Assembly: GCA_030646995.1 (NCBI GenBank)
Contig: JAUSKF010000004.1
Coordinates: 84,404-148,403, forward strand
Reading direction: 5' to 3'
DNA from: a bacterium
GTDB taxonomy: Bacteria > Patescibacteriota > Minisyncoccia > UBA6257 > WO2-44-18
DNA: 64,000 bases
A model generated the notes under the pieces. It did no database searches and had not been told where the DNA came from. It saw nothing but the letters and a program-made list of their open reading frames with translations. Position 1 is the stretch's first letter, and each line of letters starts with the position of its first letter. Positions 63,752-64,000 of the stretch are shown one piece after another. A program made the translations under genes and the position numbers.

Positions 63752-64000
63752 ATGGGACTTTTATAAGATTTTTGCTTGATACCAACCTTATTAAACCCTC
63801 ATTCTTCTTTGTAAAATCGTCCTTAATTGCCCCGCCTATAATGTCTGACATTTGCATTGCATTTACATATCGAGAATCAACGTGCGTTATATGATTGATT
63901 CTTTCTCTATCTTTATCTTTGATGTACTTTTTCACTTTTTTCATTAGATAGTTGTCAAAGGAGTCGAATTTCCCATCTAGCAATCTCCGATCTGTTCGAT
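63750..64000 (-). CDS. DUF3800 family protein, C-terminal part
   Basis: DS....MQMSDIIGG motif. Confidence 0.65.
   Translation of the reverse strand, partial: RTDRRLLDGKFDSFDNYLMKKVKKYIKDKDRERINHITHVDSRYVNAMQMSDIIGGAIKDDFTKKNEGLIRLVSSKNLIKVP

Overview
A 64-kb chromosomal segment that looks like a Patescibacteria/CPR (Parcubacteria-like) genome. This is inferred from the compact ProRS, AlaRS and PheT, the DUF5667-cupredoxin and baseplate-J-like/FtsA-like genes, and near-leaderless core genes. Almost all genes are on the minus strand. Core content: gatB (partial), rplK, nusG, secE, gyrB, pheST, galT, mreBCD-pbp2, proS, rseP, frr, holB-like, a second mreB, murA, the alpha operon, alaS, rpoD, dnaG, tRNA-Pro(GGG), rpmB, rpsF-ssb-rpsR and rpoBC. 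Accessory content: a nucleotide-modifying cluster (dCMP deaminase, an NDT-like protein, an NDT-like/guanylate kinase fusion), four tandem secreted YD/RHS-like repeat proteins, single orphan genes each carrying its own promoter, SD and terminator, and a defence island (DUF2130, ABC-ATPase-HEPN, BcgI-like R-M, DUF3800). The most striking unexplained signal is non-coding. Two ORF-less, promoter- and terminator-bounded, highly structured RNA candidates share a motif. Several families of structured intergenic elements show compensatory base changes, and periodic micro-repeats occur at gene junctions. All family assignments come from motif recognition by eye; no searches were run.
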